A DNA stretch of 64,000 bases from Alphaproteobacteria bacterium (GCA_963555825.3 CAUVXB020000002.1:1088001-1152000), one strand, 5' to 3'. Positions 52,532 through 63,451 are shown, numbered from the stretch's first letter. Translations and numbers: made by a program. The notes: generated by a model not told the origin, from the sequence alone.

Positions 52532-53165
52532 CGCCGTCACCCGCGGGCGGTTTCGGCGCGCCGTCTTGGGCCGCCGCCGCGGTCTTCTTCTTTTCGGGCG
52601 GACGGGTCAGCAGCGCGACGCGCGTCATGAAGCCGCCCTCGTCGCCGCCGACGAGCAGCGGCAAGGCCTCGGCGATGGCGTCGATCAGCGGCTCGCGCCA
52701 GGCCTTGTCGGCCTTGGCGAAACCGTGCAGCACGTAGGACGTGACCCGGTCCTTGTCGCCGGGGTGGCCGATACCGATGCGCACGCGGCGGAAGTCGCGG
52801 CCGATGTGCTGGGCGATGCTGGCCAGCCCGTTGTGGCCGGCGATTCCGCCGCCGGTCTTGGCGCGCAGCTTGCCGGGCGCGAGATCGAGCTCGTCGTGGA
52901 TGACGATGACTTGCGCCGGGTCGAGTTTGTAGAAGCGGACGGCCTGGCCGACCGCGTCGCCCGAGCGGTTCATGAAGGTGATCGGCTTCAGCGCGAGCAG
53001 CTTTTCGCCACCGACGCTGCCTTCGAAGACGTCGCTCTGAAACCGCCGCCGGGCCGGGCCGAACGAATGGCGGCGGACGATTTCGTCGAGCGCCATGAAG
53101 CCGACATTGTGCCGGTCGTTCGCATGTTCCGGCCCCGGGTTGCCAAGGCCGATGACGAGAAACAT
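52521..53165 (-). CDS. pth: Peptidyl-tRNA hydrolase
   Basis: GLGNPG, RHNVGF, GHNGL. Confidence 0.97.
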   Translation of the reverse strand: MFLVIGLGNPGPEHANDRHNVGFMALDEIVRRHSFGPARRRFQSDVFEGSVGGEKLLALKPITFMNRSGDAVGQAVRFYKLDPAQVIVIHDELDLAPGKLRAKTGGGIAGHNGLASIAQHIGRDFRRVRIGIGHPGDKDRVTSYVLHGFAKADKAWREPLIDAIAEALPLLVGGDEGGFMTRVALLTRPPEKKKTAAAAQDGAPKPPAGDGDGV

Positions 53166-53177
53166 CGAGTGCCGGGC

Positions 53178-53858
53178 TTAGCCCCCGTCCTCGTCGGGCT
53201 TGGCTTTGGCCTCGCCCTCTTCGCCTTCCTCGCCCTCTTCGCCTTCCTCGCCCTCGAGCTCCTCGTCCTCTTCCTCGACCTCCTCGACCACCACGGTTGG
53301 CGCGGCGATCGTGCAGATCGTGAAGTCACGGTCGGTGATCGTCGGCGTCACGTCGGCGGGCAGATCGATGCCGCTGATATGCACGCTGTCGCCGATGTCG
53401 AGGCCGGTGAGGTCGATGCGGATGGCGTCGGGGATCGCGGTCGCCGGGCACAACAGCTCGATCTCGTGGCGCACGATGTTGATCACGCCGCCGCGCGCGA
53501 GACCGGGCGATTCCTCTTCGTTCTCGAAGACCACCGCGACGTTGACCGCGATGCTGTCGCCCGCGCCGATGCGCAGGAAGTCGACGTGCAGCGGCGCGTC
53601 GGTCACCGGGTGGCGCTGGACGTCGCGCGGCAGCACCTGCTGCTTGCCGCCGTCGACCTCGATGCTGTAGAGCCGGCGGAAGAAGCCCGGCCGTTTCAAC
53701 TCGTTGCCGAGGTCGTGAGCCCTGACCGAGATCGACGTCGGGTCCCGCTTGTCGCCATAGATGATTGCCGGGACGCGGTCGGCGCGCCTGAGCGCGCGCG
53801 CCGGGCCCTTGCCCGCTTCGGCGCGCACCTCGGCGGCGAGTGTCGTAACGTCGCTCAT
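53178..53858 (-). CDS. rplY: 50S ribosomal protein L25/Ctc
   Basis: ARALRR..VPAIIYG, HVDF, acidic tail. Confidence 0.95.
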   Translation of the reverse strand: MSDVTTLAAEVRAEAGKGPARALRRADRVPAIIYGDKRDPTSISVRAHDLGNELKRPGFFRRLYSIEVDGGKQQVLPRDVQRHPVTDAPLHVDFLRIGAGDSIAVNVAVVFENEEESPGLARGGVINIVRHEIELLCPATAIPDAIRIDLTGLDIGDSVHISGIDLPADVTPTITDRDFTICTIAAPTVVVEEVEEEDEELEGEEGEEGEEGEEGEAKAKPDEDGG

Positions 53859-53913
53859 CTTTCCTCTCCTTCAACCCTGCCAAGCGCCCAAGGCGGCCCC
53901 GCCGCCGGGCGGC

Positions 53914-54846
53914 TCAGTCGAACAGGCTCGATACCGAGCTCTCGTCGGCGATCCGCCGCATCGCCTCGGCGATCAGCGGCGCGATCGAAATTACCCTCAC
54001 GTTCTGCGCCACGCGCATCGCCTCAGTCGGGCAGATGCTGTCGGTGACGGTCAGCACCTCCAATTCGGACGCGGTCACCCGCGCGACCGCGCCACCCGAC
54101 AGGACGCCATGCGTGATGTGCGCCTGAACCGACGTCGCGCCGACTTGCTTCAGCGCCGTCGCCGCGTTGCATAGCGTTCCCGCCGAATCGACGATGTCGT
54201 CGATGATGATGCAGCGCCGGCCCTCGACATCGCCGATGATGTTGAGAACCTCGGAATCGCCCGCCCGTTCGCGCCGCTTATCGACGATCGCGAGGTCCGC
54301 GTCAAGCCGTTTGGCGATCGCGCGCGCGCGCACGATGCCGCCCGCGTCGGGCGACACGATGACCAGATCGTCGCCGTTGAAATTCTCGTCGATGTCCTTG
54401 GCGAAGACCGGCCCGGCGAACAGGTTGTCGACGGGAATGTCGAAGAAGCCTTGAATCTGGCCGGAATGAAGGTCGAGAGTGAGCACGCGGTGGGTGCCGG
54501 CGATGGTGATCAGATTGGCCACCAGTTTGGCCGAGATCGGCGTACGCGGGCCGATCTTGCGGTCCTGGCGCGCGTAACCGTAATAGGGCAGGACGGCGGT
54601 GATGCGGCGGGCCGAGGCGCGCCGGAGCGCGTCCAGGCAGATCAGGAGTTCCATCAGGTTGTCGTTGGCCGGATACGAGGTCGACTGGATGATGAAGACA
54701 TCCTCGCCGCGCATGTTCTCGTCGATCTCGACGAACACCTCCATGTCGGAGAAACGGCGGATGCTCGCCTGCACCATCGGAAGATTGAGCGATGCCGCGA
54801 TGGCCTCGGCGAGTGGCCGATTGCTGTTGCCAGCCAGCACTTTCAT
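53914..54846 (-). CDS. prs: Ribose-phosphate pyrophosphokinase
   Basis: [19 protein letters not shown]. Confidence 0.97.
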   Translation of the reverse strand: MKVLAGNSNRPLAEAIAASLNLPMVQASIRRFSDMEVFVEIDENMRGEDVFIIQSTSYPANDNLMELLICLDALRRASARRITAVLPYYGYARQDRKIGPRTPISAKLVANLITIAGTHRVLTLDLHSGQIQGFFDIPVDNLFAGPVFAKDIDENFNGDDLVIVSPDAGGIVRARAIAKRLDADLAIVDKRRERAGDSEVLNIIGDVEGRRCIIIDDIVDSAGTLCNAATALKQVGATSVQAHITHGVLSGGAVARVTASELEVLTVTDSICPTEAMRVAQNVRVISIAPLIAEAMRRIADESSVSSLFD

Positions 54847-55084
54847 GGGATTTCCTTCGCCGCGCCAATCGGTTCCGAAGTGGGCCGCTTCCCCCGAGGC
54901 GGGAACCCAGCCGACGGTGCGCCGGACTGTAACAAAGGGCCGAAAATCTGTAAACGCTAATGCGCCCGAACGGCGGCAATTTTCGAGTGGCTGCCGTTTC
55001 CCGCTAGAAAAAACAGCTGGCGAGCATGGCCAGCACCAAGAGCATGAGGAAGATTACCAGATGGGGCATCGGGCGCGCCGGGCC

Positions 55085-56236
55085 TCAGTTGACGACCAGA
55101 TCGGTCGTCGACCGCGACAGCCGCTCGCAGCCGGCCGCGGTCACACGCACCGATTCGCCGACCGCGATGCCGACACCGTTGTCGCTGTCCATCACCATCG
55201 GGTGCAGGAAGAACACCATGTCGGGCTCGGCGATCACCGGATTGCCGGTGTAGAACATCGGCCAGTCCATCCAGTTGGGCGCGAACGTTGTGCCCATCGA
55301 ATAGCCGCAGGCGTTCGGGCGGTGGTCTCGGTAGCCGGCGTCGTCGAGCACGCGGGCGTGGGCGTCGAACACCTCGCCGATCGGCCGACCCGGCCTGAGC
55401 GCGTCGCAGCCCGCGGCGAGCGCGTCGCGGCACGCCGCGTGCATGTCGCGCTGACGTTGGCTCGCCTTGCCAACGATGATGGTGCGCATCAGCGCGGCGT
55501 GGTAGTGGCGGTAGGCGCCGGCGAATTCGAGCATCAGCTGGTCTTGCGCGTCGAGGTGGCGGCGGCCCGAGAAGTAGCGGCACAGCACCACGTCGGCGCC
55601 CGAGCCGATGATGTATTCGTTGCCCGGATAGTCGCCGCCGCCCTTGAACACCGCGCCTTGCATGGCGGCCAGGATGTCGCCCTCGAAGGCGCCCGCGACG
55701 GCCAGCCGGTTGGCCGCATCGAGCGCGTCGTCGGCGAGTTCGGCGGCGCGCCGCACGTAGACCAGCTCGGCCGGGCTCTTGATCAGGCGCCCCTCGCTGA
55801 CCAGCTCGGAGGCGTCGTCGAGCGTGCAGAAGCCGTCGAGTGCCCGCTCGACCATGCGCCAGCTGCGCCCGGTCAGCCCATAGGCCTCGAGCTCGACGCC
55901 GAGGCGCGCGCCCTTGCAGCCGTGCTCGTCGAGGATGGCGCGCAGATCGCCGGCCGGCTCGGCGCCGGCGCGGTCGGCCCAGATGCGGATGTCCTCGATG
56001 GTCGAAGTGTGCTGCGCCTGGCGCAGATCGGGCGCCCGCGTGAGCAGCGTCAGCGTGCCGTCGGCGCCCAGATAGAGGCACTGGAAATAGACGAAGCCGA
56101 AGCTGTCGTAGCCGGTCAGGTAGTACATGCTCTCCTGGCGGAACATCAGCAACCCGTCGAGCCCGCGCTCGGCGAGCTTCGCCCGTGCGCGCGCCTGGCG
56201 CGCGGCGAACTCCTCGACCGTAAAATGCAGCGCCAT
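55085..56236 (-). CDS. Xaa-Pro peptidase (M24) family protein
   Basis: MYYLTGYD, RLIKSPAE, M24 fold. Confidence 0.85.
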   Translation of the reverse strand: MALHFTVEEFAARQARARAKLAERGLDGLLMFRQESMYYLTGYDSFGFVYFQCLYLGADGTLTLLTRAPDLRQAQHTSTIEDIRIWADRAGAEPAGDLRAILDEHGCKGARLGVELEAYGLTGRSWRMVERALDGFCTLDDASELVSEGRLIKSPAELVYVRRAAELADDALDAANRLAVAGAFEGDILAAMQGAVFKGGGDYPGNEYIIGSGADVVLCRYFSGRRHLDAQDQLMLEFAGAYRHYHAALMRTIIVGKASQRQRDMHAACRDALAAGCDALRPGRPIGEVFDAHARVLDDAGYRDHRPNACGYSMGTTFAPNWMDWPMFYTGNPVIAEPDMVFFLHPMVMDSDNGVGIAVGESVRVTAAGCERLSRSTTDLVVN

Positions 56237-56319
56237 GCGGTCCTCCCCGCCTCGGCCAACGAATGCCGATTATCGCCGCGAACGAGGGCCGCGGCAACGT
56301 CGCTGCCGGGTCGAGTCAT

Positions 56320-57090
56320 TCATGCTGTAAGCGCGATAATCGAGATCAGGCGGCCGTAGTCGCGCTCGTCGCGCAAGCAGGCGCGGCGGTAGCTGAAGAA
56401 CTGCTCGGCGTCGGCGCAGGTGTCGGGCGCCACCGCCGCGACCTCGGCGAGGCCGAGCGCGGCGAGCCGGTCGGCGACATGGCCCGGCAGGTCGAACATG
56501 TGGTGGCCGCCGCGGACAGCAGCCGTGAAGTAACGGTCGTTGGCCGGATCGGCCGCCACAAAGGCGTCGCGGAACTCGGGGCCGACCTGGTAGGAGCCCT
56601 GACCGATGCACGGCCCGACGGCCGCGACGATATCGCCGGGCGCCGAGCCGAGCGCCGCCATGCCCGCGACGGCGGCCTCGAGCACGCCGGCGAGCGCGCC
56701 GCGCCAGCCGGCATGCGCCGCGCCGATCACCCGGCGCTTTCTGTCAGCCAGCAGCACCGGCGCGCAATCGGCGGTCAGGATTCCGAGCGCGACGCCCGGC
56801 CGATCGGTGACCATGGCGTCGACTTGCGGTCCGGCGCCGTCCGGCCATGGCTCGGTGACGGTGACACAAAGCGCGGTGTGCCGTTGATAGGCCGTGCACA
56901 GCGTCGCGTCGGGCGCGCCGACACGGTCGAGCGCGATCGCCCGGTTGCGCGTGATACGCGCCGGGTCGTCGTCGGACCCGTAGCCGCAGTTGAGCGAGGC
57001 GAAGGCGCCCTCGCTGACACCGCCGGCGCGCGTCAGGAAGCCGTGGCGCAAGCCGCCGAGCGCCTCGAGCGGCGCGGCGTGGCGCGTCAC
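56320..57090 (-). CDS. pgeF: PgeF/YfiH family protein
   Basis: TRAGGVS, TADCAPVL, AHAGWRG, FFSYRR. Confidence 0.92.
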   Translation of the reverse strand: MTRHAAPLEALGGLRHGFLTRAGGVSEGAFASLNCGYGSDDDPARITRNRAIALDRVGAPDATLCTAYQRHTALCVTVTEPWPDGAGPQVDAMVTDRPGVALGILTADCAPVLLADRKRRVIGAAHAGWRGALAGVLEAAVAGMAALGSAPGDIVAAVGPCIGQGSYQVGPEFRDAFVAADPANDRYFTAAVRGGHHMFDLPGHVADRLAALGLAEVAAVAPDTCADAEQFFSYRRACLRDERDYGRLISIIALTA

Positions 57091-58178
57091 GCCACCGCCT
57101 CTTCGAAGCCGGCGGGCGCCGGCGCGTCCGCCGCGCCGATCGCGATCACCTTGAACAGCGCGCCCATCTCGCCCGGATCGACCAGCCGTCGGACCGCGCC
57201 GGCGATGTCGTCGCGCTGCACGGCCGTCGCGTTCTTGGCCAGCGCTTCGGCGCGCGCCTCGATGCCGAGCGCAAGCAGGAAGTCGCCCTGGTTGACCGGG
57301 CCGAAGACGTGCGCGCCGGCCTCACGCGCGACGCGCATCAGGGTCGGGAAGTCGACCCGCGCCGAGAGGTCGGCCGAGCCCGGATCGTCGAGCACCCCGT
57401 GGCGGCCGTGGCGGCGCACCGCCTGCAGCGTGTCGCCCAACGGGCCCTGCTCGGACGCGTAGTCGACGACCAGTGCGAGGCCGCCGAACGACACCACGCG
57501 CCGGGCGATCTCATGCGCCAGGCTGACGCATGCGGGCGAGACCTCGGCGACCGCGCCGGGCGGCGCCTCGATGTCGTCGGGCACCAGCGCCAATGCTGGC
57601 GTCGGCCCGGTGGCGAGCACGAAGCGGAAGCCGCCGTTCGCGCGGTCGACGTCGACCAGGCGCTCGCGCCAACCGCCCACCGTGCGCACGAACTGGTGGA
57701 TCGGCAGCGCGTCGAACAGTTCGTTGGCGACCAGCAGCAGGGGCGCCTCGGGCGCCGAGGCGAGCTGGTCGTGCCAGGCGACCGCGACACCGTCGAGCGC
57801 CCGGCGCTGGGCGTCGCGCAGGCTGGGGCTTGTCTCGACCATGTGGACGTCGAGCGCCGCGCGGCAGTCGGGCGCCACGGCCATGGCGCGCAGCGCGTCG
57901 GCCATCAGCGTGCCGCGGCCGGGGCCGAGCTCGACCAGCTGCACCGGCTTGGGCTGGCCGATCTGCCGCCAGCCGACGACACACCACAGGCCGATCAACT
58001 CGCCGAACAATTGGCTCACCTCGGGCGCGGTGATGAAGTCGCCCGCGCGGCCGAACGGGTCGCCCGACATGTAGTAGCCGTGGCGCGGATGGCCGAGCGC
58101 GGCGGCCATGTACTCGGCGACGGTGAGCGGACCGTGCGCGGCGATCTCGGCGGCGAGCTGGGCGCCGAGCGTCGTCAT
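57087..58178 (-). CDS. SAM-dependent methyltransferase, MidA/NDUFAF7 family
   Basis: GDFITAPE, ELGPGRGTL, ANELFDALP. Confidence 0.92.
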   Translation of the reverse strand: MTTLGAQLAAEIAAHGPLTVAEYMAAALGHPRHGYYMSGDPFGRAGDFITAPEVSQLFGELIGLWCVVGWRQIGQPKPVQLVELGPGRGTLMADALRAMAVAPDCRAALDVHMVETSPSLRDAQRRALDGVAVAWHDQLASAPEAPLLLVANELFDALPIHQFVRTVGGWRERLVDVDRANGGFRFVLATGPTPALALVPDDIEAPPGAVAEVSPACVSLAHEIARRVVSFGGLALVVDYASEQGPLGDTLQAVRRHGRHGVLDDPGSADLSARVDFPTLMRVAREAGAHVFGPVNQGDFLLALGIEARAEALAKNATAVQRDDIAGAVRRLVDPGEMGALFKVIAIGAADAPAPAGFEEAVA

Positions 58179-59026
58179 CGTTTGACGGCCGGGTCCTTGG
58201 CGCGCGCCGGCGACGGTGCATCGGCGGGCTTGGCGCGCAGCATCAACCACACCCCGATGGCGATCATCGGAGCCGACAAGAGCTGGCCCATGGTCGCGCC
58301 GGCGAACAGGAAGCCGAGATGAGCGTCGGGTTCGCGGAACAGCTCGACGAAGGCGCGCAAGCCACCGTAGCCGACGAGATAGACGCCGGTGAGGAATCCG
58401 GCCCGATGGCGCGCACCGGTGAAGCGCCAGACCGCGAGCATGACGAGCAACAGCAAGACGCCCTCGAGCCCCGCCTCGTACAACTGGCTCGGGTGGCGCG
58501 GCGAGGGGCCGGCGTGGGGGAACACCATGGCCCAAGGCACGTCGCTCGCCCGGCCCCAAAGCTCGCCGTTGATGAAGTTCGCGAGGCGCCCGAAGAACAA
58601 CCCGATGGGCACCGCGCAGGCGACCGCATCGCCGAGCGTCAGGAGGCGGATCTTGCGCTGGCGGGCGAACAGAAGGATCGCGCCGATAACGCCCAACATG
58701 CCGCCGTGGTACGACATGCCGCCCTGCCACACGAAGACGATCTCGGCCGGGTTGGCGAGATAGTAGCCGGGCTTGTAGAACAGCACATAGCCGAGCCGGC
58801 CGCCGAGGATGATGCCGAAGGTGATCCAGACGACGAAGTCGTCGATCGCGCGCGCATCGGGCGCGCCCGGCCAGGTTTTGGCAAGCCGCTTGACGACATA
58901 CCAGCAGCCGAGGATGCCGGCGACATAGGCGAGCGCGTACCAGCGGATCGCCAGGCTGATGCCGAAAATCGGCCCGATCTCGACCAGAACCGGGTCGATC
59001 ACCGGAAAGGGGATCGCCAGGATCAT
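58175..59026 (-). CDS. lgt: Prolipoprotein diacylglyceryl transferase
   Basis: GGRLGYVLFY, GGMSYHGG, GRLANFINGEL, HPSQLYE. Confidence 0.97.
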   Translation of the reverse strand: MILAIPFPVIDPVLVEIGPIFGISLAIRWYALAYVAGILGCWYVVKRLAKTWPGAPDARAIDDFVVWITFGIILGGRLGYVLFYKPGYYLANPAEIVFVWQGGMSYHGGMLGVIGAILLFARQRKIRLLTLGDAVACAVPIGLFFGRLANFINGELWGRASDVPWAMVFPHAGPSPRHPSQLYEAGLEGVLLLLVMLAVWRFTGARHRAGFLTGVYLVGYGGLRAFVELFREPDAHLGFLFAGATMGQLLSAPMIAIGVWLMLRAKPADAPSPARAKDPAVKR

Positions 59027-60009
59027 CGGTAGCGATCCTCGCGTTCCAGATAGCGCTGCACGTAGTCGGCGACACCGTCCTCGAGGCTGCGGAACGGCGC
59101 GCCGTAGCCGGCGGCCCGCGCGCGCGCCATCTCGGCCTGGGTGAAGTATTGGTACTTGTCGCGGATTTCGGCCGGCGTATCGACGTATTCGATGTCGGGT
59201 TCGCGGCCGATTGCGGCGAACACCGCGGCGGCCAGATCGGCGAAGCCGCGCGCCTGGCCGGTGCCCATGTTGAACAGGCCGCAAATATCCGGGTTGTCGT
59301 GAAGCCACAGCATCAGCGCGACGCAGTCGTCGACCGAGACGAAGTCGCGCAGCTGGCCGCCGTCGGCGTAGTCCGGGTGGTGCGAACGGAAAAGCCTGAC
59401 CGGGGCGCCGCGTTTCGCCGTCTCCCAGGCCTGCACGACGACGCTGCGCTGCGCCCCCTTGTGGTACTCGTTTGGGCCGTAAACGTTGAAGAACTTGAGG
59501 CCGGCCCACTGCGGCGGCCGCGCGCCATCGGCGGCGACGACCCGCGCCGCCCAGCGGTCGAACAGATGCTTGCTCCAACCGTAGAGGTTGAGCGGGCGCA
59601 ATCGGGCGAGCGCGGCCGGCGAACCATCGTCGTCGAAGCCCGCCGAGCCATCGCCGTAGGTCGCCGCCGATGAGGCGTAGATCAGGCGCTTGCCGTGCGC
59701 CGCGCACCAGCGCCACAGCGCGACGCTCCCACCGAAGTTGACGTCCATGATCCGATCGGCGTCGGTCTCGGTGGTCGACGAGATCGCGCCCATGTGGAAG
59801 ACCGTCGTGACGGCATCGCGGTTGTCGTCGAGAAAGGCGGCCAGCGCGTCGGGCGCGATCACGTCTGCGAGCTTGCGTTTGGCGATGTTTCGCGCCTTGT
59901 CACCGGCGCCCGGGTGGTCGCAGACGACGATCGCGTCCGCGCCGCGCGCCTCGAGCGCGGCGACCAGGTTCGAGCCGATGAATCCAGCGCCACCCGTAAC
60001 GACGATCAT
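59023..60009 (-). CDS. hldD: ADP-L-glycero-D-manno-heptose 6-epimerase
   Basis: TGGAGFIGSN, YASSAATYG, YGWSK, NVYGPNEYHKG, YQYFTQA. Confidence 0.93.
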   Translation of the reverse strand: MIVVTGGAGFIGSNLVAALEARGADAIVVCDHPGAGDKARNIAKRKLADVIAPDALAAFLDDNRDAVTTVFHMGAISSTTETDADRIMDVNFGGSVALWRWCAAHGKRLIYASSAATYGDGSAGFDDDGSPAALARLRPLNLYGWSKHLFDRWAARVVAADGARPPQWAGLKFFNVYGPNEYHKGAQRSVVVQAWETAKRGAPVRLFRSHHPDYADGGQLRDFVSVDDCVALMLWLHDNPDICGLFNMGTGQARGFADLAAAVFAAIGREPDIEYVDTPAEIRDKYQYFTQAEMARARAAGYGAPFRSLEDGVADYVQRYLEREDRYR

Positions 60010-60175
60010 ATGCCCTCGATCGGCCGACCGGTGGCGCTGGCAGCGCCCGCGGCGGCATGGTTGAAGTTTCGGTCGGCACCGTTATAGGTATGCGCCGGGT
60101 GCGCCGCAAGGCGCGCCGCTTGCCTGGCGACCGTCATCGGGCCATAGTCGGGCGCGAACGGCAGGAGAATTCGCC

Positions 60176-60469
60176 ATGCAGACCGATAACCGCTTGGCCG
60201 ACGATCTCGCCAAGGTCGCGGCGAGCGCGGTCGGCGTCATCGCCGGCGTCAAGGACGAGTTCGAGGGCCGGCTGCGCCAGGTGTTCGAGCGCATGCTCGA
60301 CGACATGGAACTGGTCAACCGCGACGAGTTCGAGGCGGTCAAGGCGATGGCCGCGAAAGCGCGCGCCGAGAACGAGCGCCTGGCGGCGCGCATCGCCGCG
60401 CTCGAGGGCACCGGCGAGACCGCGCCGAAACCGCGCAAACGACCGGCCAAGAGCGCGCGCAAGACTTAG
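60176..60469 (+). CDS. ubiK: Accessory factor UbiK family
   Basis: LVNRDEFEAVK..KARAEN. Confidence 0.85.
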   Translation: MQTDNRLADDLAKVAASAVGVIAGVKDEFEGRLRQVFERMLDDMELVNRDEFEAVKAMAAKARAENERLAARIAALEGTGETAPKPRKRPAKSARKT

Positions 60470-60649
60470 ATTCGCCGACACCGGAATAATTCGTGCCGAA
60501 CGTGCCGACGCAACGGTTGCGCTCGGGCATACTCTCTGGCAACCTACTACCAGTGGGGTCCGGTCAGAGACCTGACACAATATATTCTGCGAGAGGCGCG
60601 CCGCATTTTGTCATGCCCGCCTTCGGGCGGCCCGAGGGAGTGTTTTGCC

Positions 60650-61153
60650 ATGGCCTACGCAGTCGCCCACCCCGAGCCCCTCACCGCTAATCCGCTGGAC
60701 ATCGTCGAACAGATCGTGCTGGCCAACGACTGGCTGTTCGACCGCTTGAGCGACGACGAGATCGCCGCGGAAGTGTCCGGCTCCGGCTGCATCTATCACA
60801 TGTGGTTCGCCTGGCGCCCCGAGCGCGAGATGCTGCATTTCTCCTGCGCCTTCGACGTCAAGGTGCCGGACAACCGGCGCGAGGCGATCTACCCGCTGCT
60901 GTCGATGATCAACGAACGCATGCCGATCGGTCACTTCAACCTGTGGTCCGACGACGGCATGGTGATGTTCCGCGAGTCGTTGCTGCTGCGCGGCGGCTTC
61001 GGCGTCAGCGTCGAGCAGGTCCACGACCTGATCGAGCTCGCGCTCGAGGACTGCGAACGCTATTTCCCGCCATTCCAGTTCGTCATATGGGGCGGCAAGA
61101 CGCCGGCCGAGGCGATCGAGGCGGCGATCCTCGACACCGAGGGAGAGGCGTGA
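60650..61153 (+). CDS. YbjN-domain protein
   Basis: NPLDIVE, GHFNLW, FQFVIWGGK. Confidence 0.85.
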   Translation: MAYAVAHPEPLTANPLDIVEQIVLANDWLFDRLSDDEIAAEVSGSGCIYHMWFAWRPEREMLHFSCAFDVKVPDNRREAIYPLLSMINERMPIGHFNLWSDDGMVMFRESLLLRGGFGVSVEQVHDLIELALEDCERYFPPFQFVIWGGKTPAEAIEAAILDTEGEA

Positions 61154-61986
61154 GCGACGGCGCCCGCGCCATCACCGGGCCGATCCTGTTGGTCGGCTGC
61201 GGCAAGATGGGCGGTGCGCTGCTGGCCGGCTGGCTCGATCACGGACTGAGTGCCGCCGACGCAATCGTCGTCGAGCCGGCCGATGCGTTGGCCGAGGCGG
61301 TGCGCGCGCGCCACGGTGTCACGGTGCTCGGCGACGCCGCCGCGCTCGACGCCGGGCTCGTGCCGCGCGTCGTCGTGCTCGCGGTCAAACCCCAGGCGAT
61401 GGACGGCGTGGCGCCGGCCTACGCCCGCTTCGCGGCGCCCGGAACCGTCTTCCTGTCGATCGCGGCGGGCAAGACGATCGGCTATTTCACGCGCCATCTC
61501 GGCGACCGCGCCGCGATCGTGCGCGCCATGCCCAACACGCCCGCCGCGGTCGCCCGCGGCATCACCGTGATGTGCGCCAACCCGCTGGTCGACGACGGCC
61601 AGCGCGCCGCCTGCGAGACCCTGCTTGCCGCCGTCGGCGAGGTGCTGTGGTGCGACGACGAGGGCCTGCTCGATCCGGTCACCGCGGTCTCGGGCAGCGG
61701 CCCGGCCTACGTCTTCCTGCTGATCGAATGCCTGGCCGCCGCCGGCGTCGACGCCGGCCTGGCGCCCGAGATGGCGGCGCGGCTGGCGCGCGCCACGGTG
61801 TCGGGCGCCGGGGAACTCGCCCGCCTGGCCGACGAGCCCGCCGACCAACTGCGCCGCAACGTCACCAGCCCGGGCGGCACGACCGAGGCGGCGCTCGGCG
61901 TGCTGATGGCCGGCGACGGCCTCGGGCCGCTGATGTCACGCGCCGTCGCCGCCGCGACCCAACGCTCGCGCGAGCTCGCCGACTAG
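61150..61986 (+). CDS. proC: Pyrroline-5-carboxylate reductase
   Basis: GCGKMG, MPNTP, SGSGPAY, VTSPGGTT. Confidence 0.96.
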   Translation: MSDGARAITGPILLVGCGKMGGALLAGWLDHGLSAADAIVVEPADALAEAVRARHGVTVLGDAAALDAGLVPRVVVLAVKPQAMDGVAPAYARFAAPGTVFLSIAAGKTIGYFTRHLGDRAAIVRAMPNTPAAVARGITVMCANPLVDDGQRAACETLLAAVGEVLWCDDEGLLDPVTAVSGSGPAYVFLLIECLAAAGVDAGLAPEMAARLARATVSGAGELARLADEPADQLRRNVTSPGGTTEAALGVLMAGDGLGPLMSRAVAAATQRSRELAD

Positions 61987-62158
61987 CGCACAATCCGATT
62001 GGTTGGATTCAATGAATTTCTTCCAGGCCGCGCCAGTCTTATTGGGACAAGAGGGGGCCCGCCGACCGTTCGGCCAGTCTTGATACCATAAGATTGGCAT
62101 GCGCGGCGAGTGAGCGCAGGTCATCTTTAAGTGACCGCACAAAAAGGTCACCGCACAA
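61984..62158 (+). repeat. Dispersed structured repeat, copy E
   Basis: Full-length core; starts on the proC TAG stop. Confidence 0.85.
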
Positions 62159-62271
62159 TGATCTGGATCGCCCCCGGCTGTTGGCAAAGACGCCGTCGGT
62201 CCCTACATCTATACTCTAAGCAATGACGGACAACGGGCGCCGGCGTCGGCCGGTCCCGTCAGGAGGACCGT

Positions 62272-62886
62272 TTGGTCAAGAAAGCCGACATTCCGCGCCA
62301 CATCGTCGCCACCGCGATCGGGCTGGCGGCGACGCAGGGCTGGCGCGACACGACGCTCGGCGACATCGCGGCGGCCGCCAAACTGACGCTCGCCGAGGTC
62401 CACGGCCATTATCGCTCGAAGGCCGCGATCCTCGCCGCATTTTCGCGCCAGATCGACGCCGCAGTGCTCGCCGGCGACGACCCGGAGCTCGCCGACCAGC
62501 CGGCGCCCGACCGGCTTTTCGACGTGCTCATGCGACGTTTCGACGCGCTCAACCCGCACAAGGCTGGCGTGCGCGCGATCATCGGCGACAGCCTGGGTGA
62601 TCCGCTGGCGCTGGTCTCGGGCGCCTGCGCGCTCGAACGCTCGATGACCTGGATGCTGGCCGCGGCGCGCATCGAGAGTAGTGGCCTCGGCGGGCTGCTG
62701 CGCGTCAAGGGATTGGCGGCGATCTATCTCGCGGTGCTGCGCGTCTGGCTCGCCGACGAGACGGACGACATGGCGACCACCATGGCGGCGCTCGACAAGT
62801 GGCTGCGCCAGGCCGACGCGGCGCTGGCGACGCTCGGCCGCCTACCCTGCCCGGGCCGCGCGCGGGGCGCTACGGAGAGCGCCTGA
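62272..62886 (+). CDS. TetR-like regulator
   Basis: N-terminal HTH; DRLFDVLMRRFDAL. Confidence 0.8.
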   Translation: MVKKADIPRHIVATAIGLAATQGWRDTTLGDIAAAAKLTLAEVHGHYRSKAAILAAFSRQIDAAVLAGDDPELADQPAPDRLFDVLMRRFDALNPHKAGVRAIIGDSLGDPLALVSGACALERSMTWMLAAARIESSGLGGLLRVKGLAAIYLAVLRVWLADETDDMATTMAALDKWLRQADAALATLGRLPCPGRARGATESA

Positions 62887-62917
62887 GTCGGTTCATACCG
62901 CGGCACGATAAATTTTT

Positions 62918-63003
62918 TGTTGCAGTGCGCAATAATTCCTTGACGGTGGCGTGGTGGACCCTTACATAGGCCCCAATGGTGCAGTGCAGCATTGCAATGC
63001 AGC
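62918..63003 (+). promoter_or_regulatory. Probable PhaR-binding TGC-rich boxes upstream of phasin
   Basis: TTGCAGTGCGCAA and GTGCAGTGCAGCATTGCAATGCAGC. Confidence 0.6.
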
Positions 63004-63028
63004 TCCTCATGCCAAGGATGTAATCGAC

Positions 63029-63451
63029 ATGCCCAAGACCAATTCCACCACGTCGTTCGATCCGGCGGCCGCTTTCGCCGCTTTCAAGCTGCCGACGTTT
63101 GACGTCGATGCGCTCGTCGCGCTTCAGCGCCGCAACATCGAGGCGTTCTCGACCGTCCAGAAGATGGCCGCCGACAGCGTCAAGGTGCTGACCACCCGTC
63201 AGGCCGAGATCGCGCGCGGCGCGGTCGACGAGTATGTCGCCGCGGTCGGCGAGTTCTACAATGCCAAGGACCCCAAGGTCGGCGTCGCCAAGCAGGTCGC
63301 CTACACCAAGTCGGCGGTCGAGAGCTCGGTCGCCAATGCGCGCGAGCTGACCGAGATCGCGGTCAAAGCCAACGCCGAGGTGTTCGACGTCCTGACCAAG
63401 CGTGTCGTCGAGGGTCTCGACGAGGTCGGCGGCTTCGCCAAGAAGGCCTAA
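63029..63451 (+). CDS. phaP: Phasin (PHA granule protein)
   Basis: DALVALQRRNIEAF..RQAEI..KANAEVFDVL; AAGGA RBS. Confidence 0.85.
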   Translation: MPKTNSTTSFDPAAAFAAFKLPTFDVDALVALQRRNIEAFSTVQKMAADSVKVLTTRQAEIARGAVDEYVAAVGEFYNAKDPKVGVAKQVAYTKSAVESSVANARELTEIAVKANAEVFDVLTKRVVEGLDEVGGFAKKA

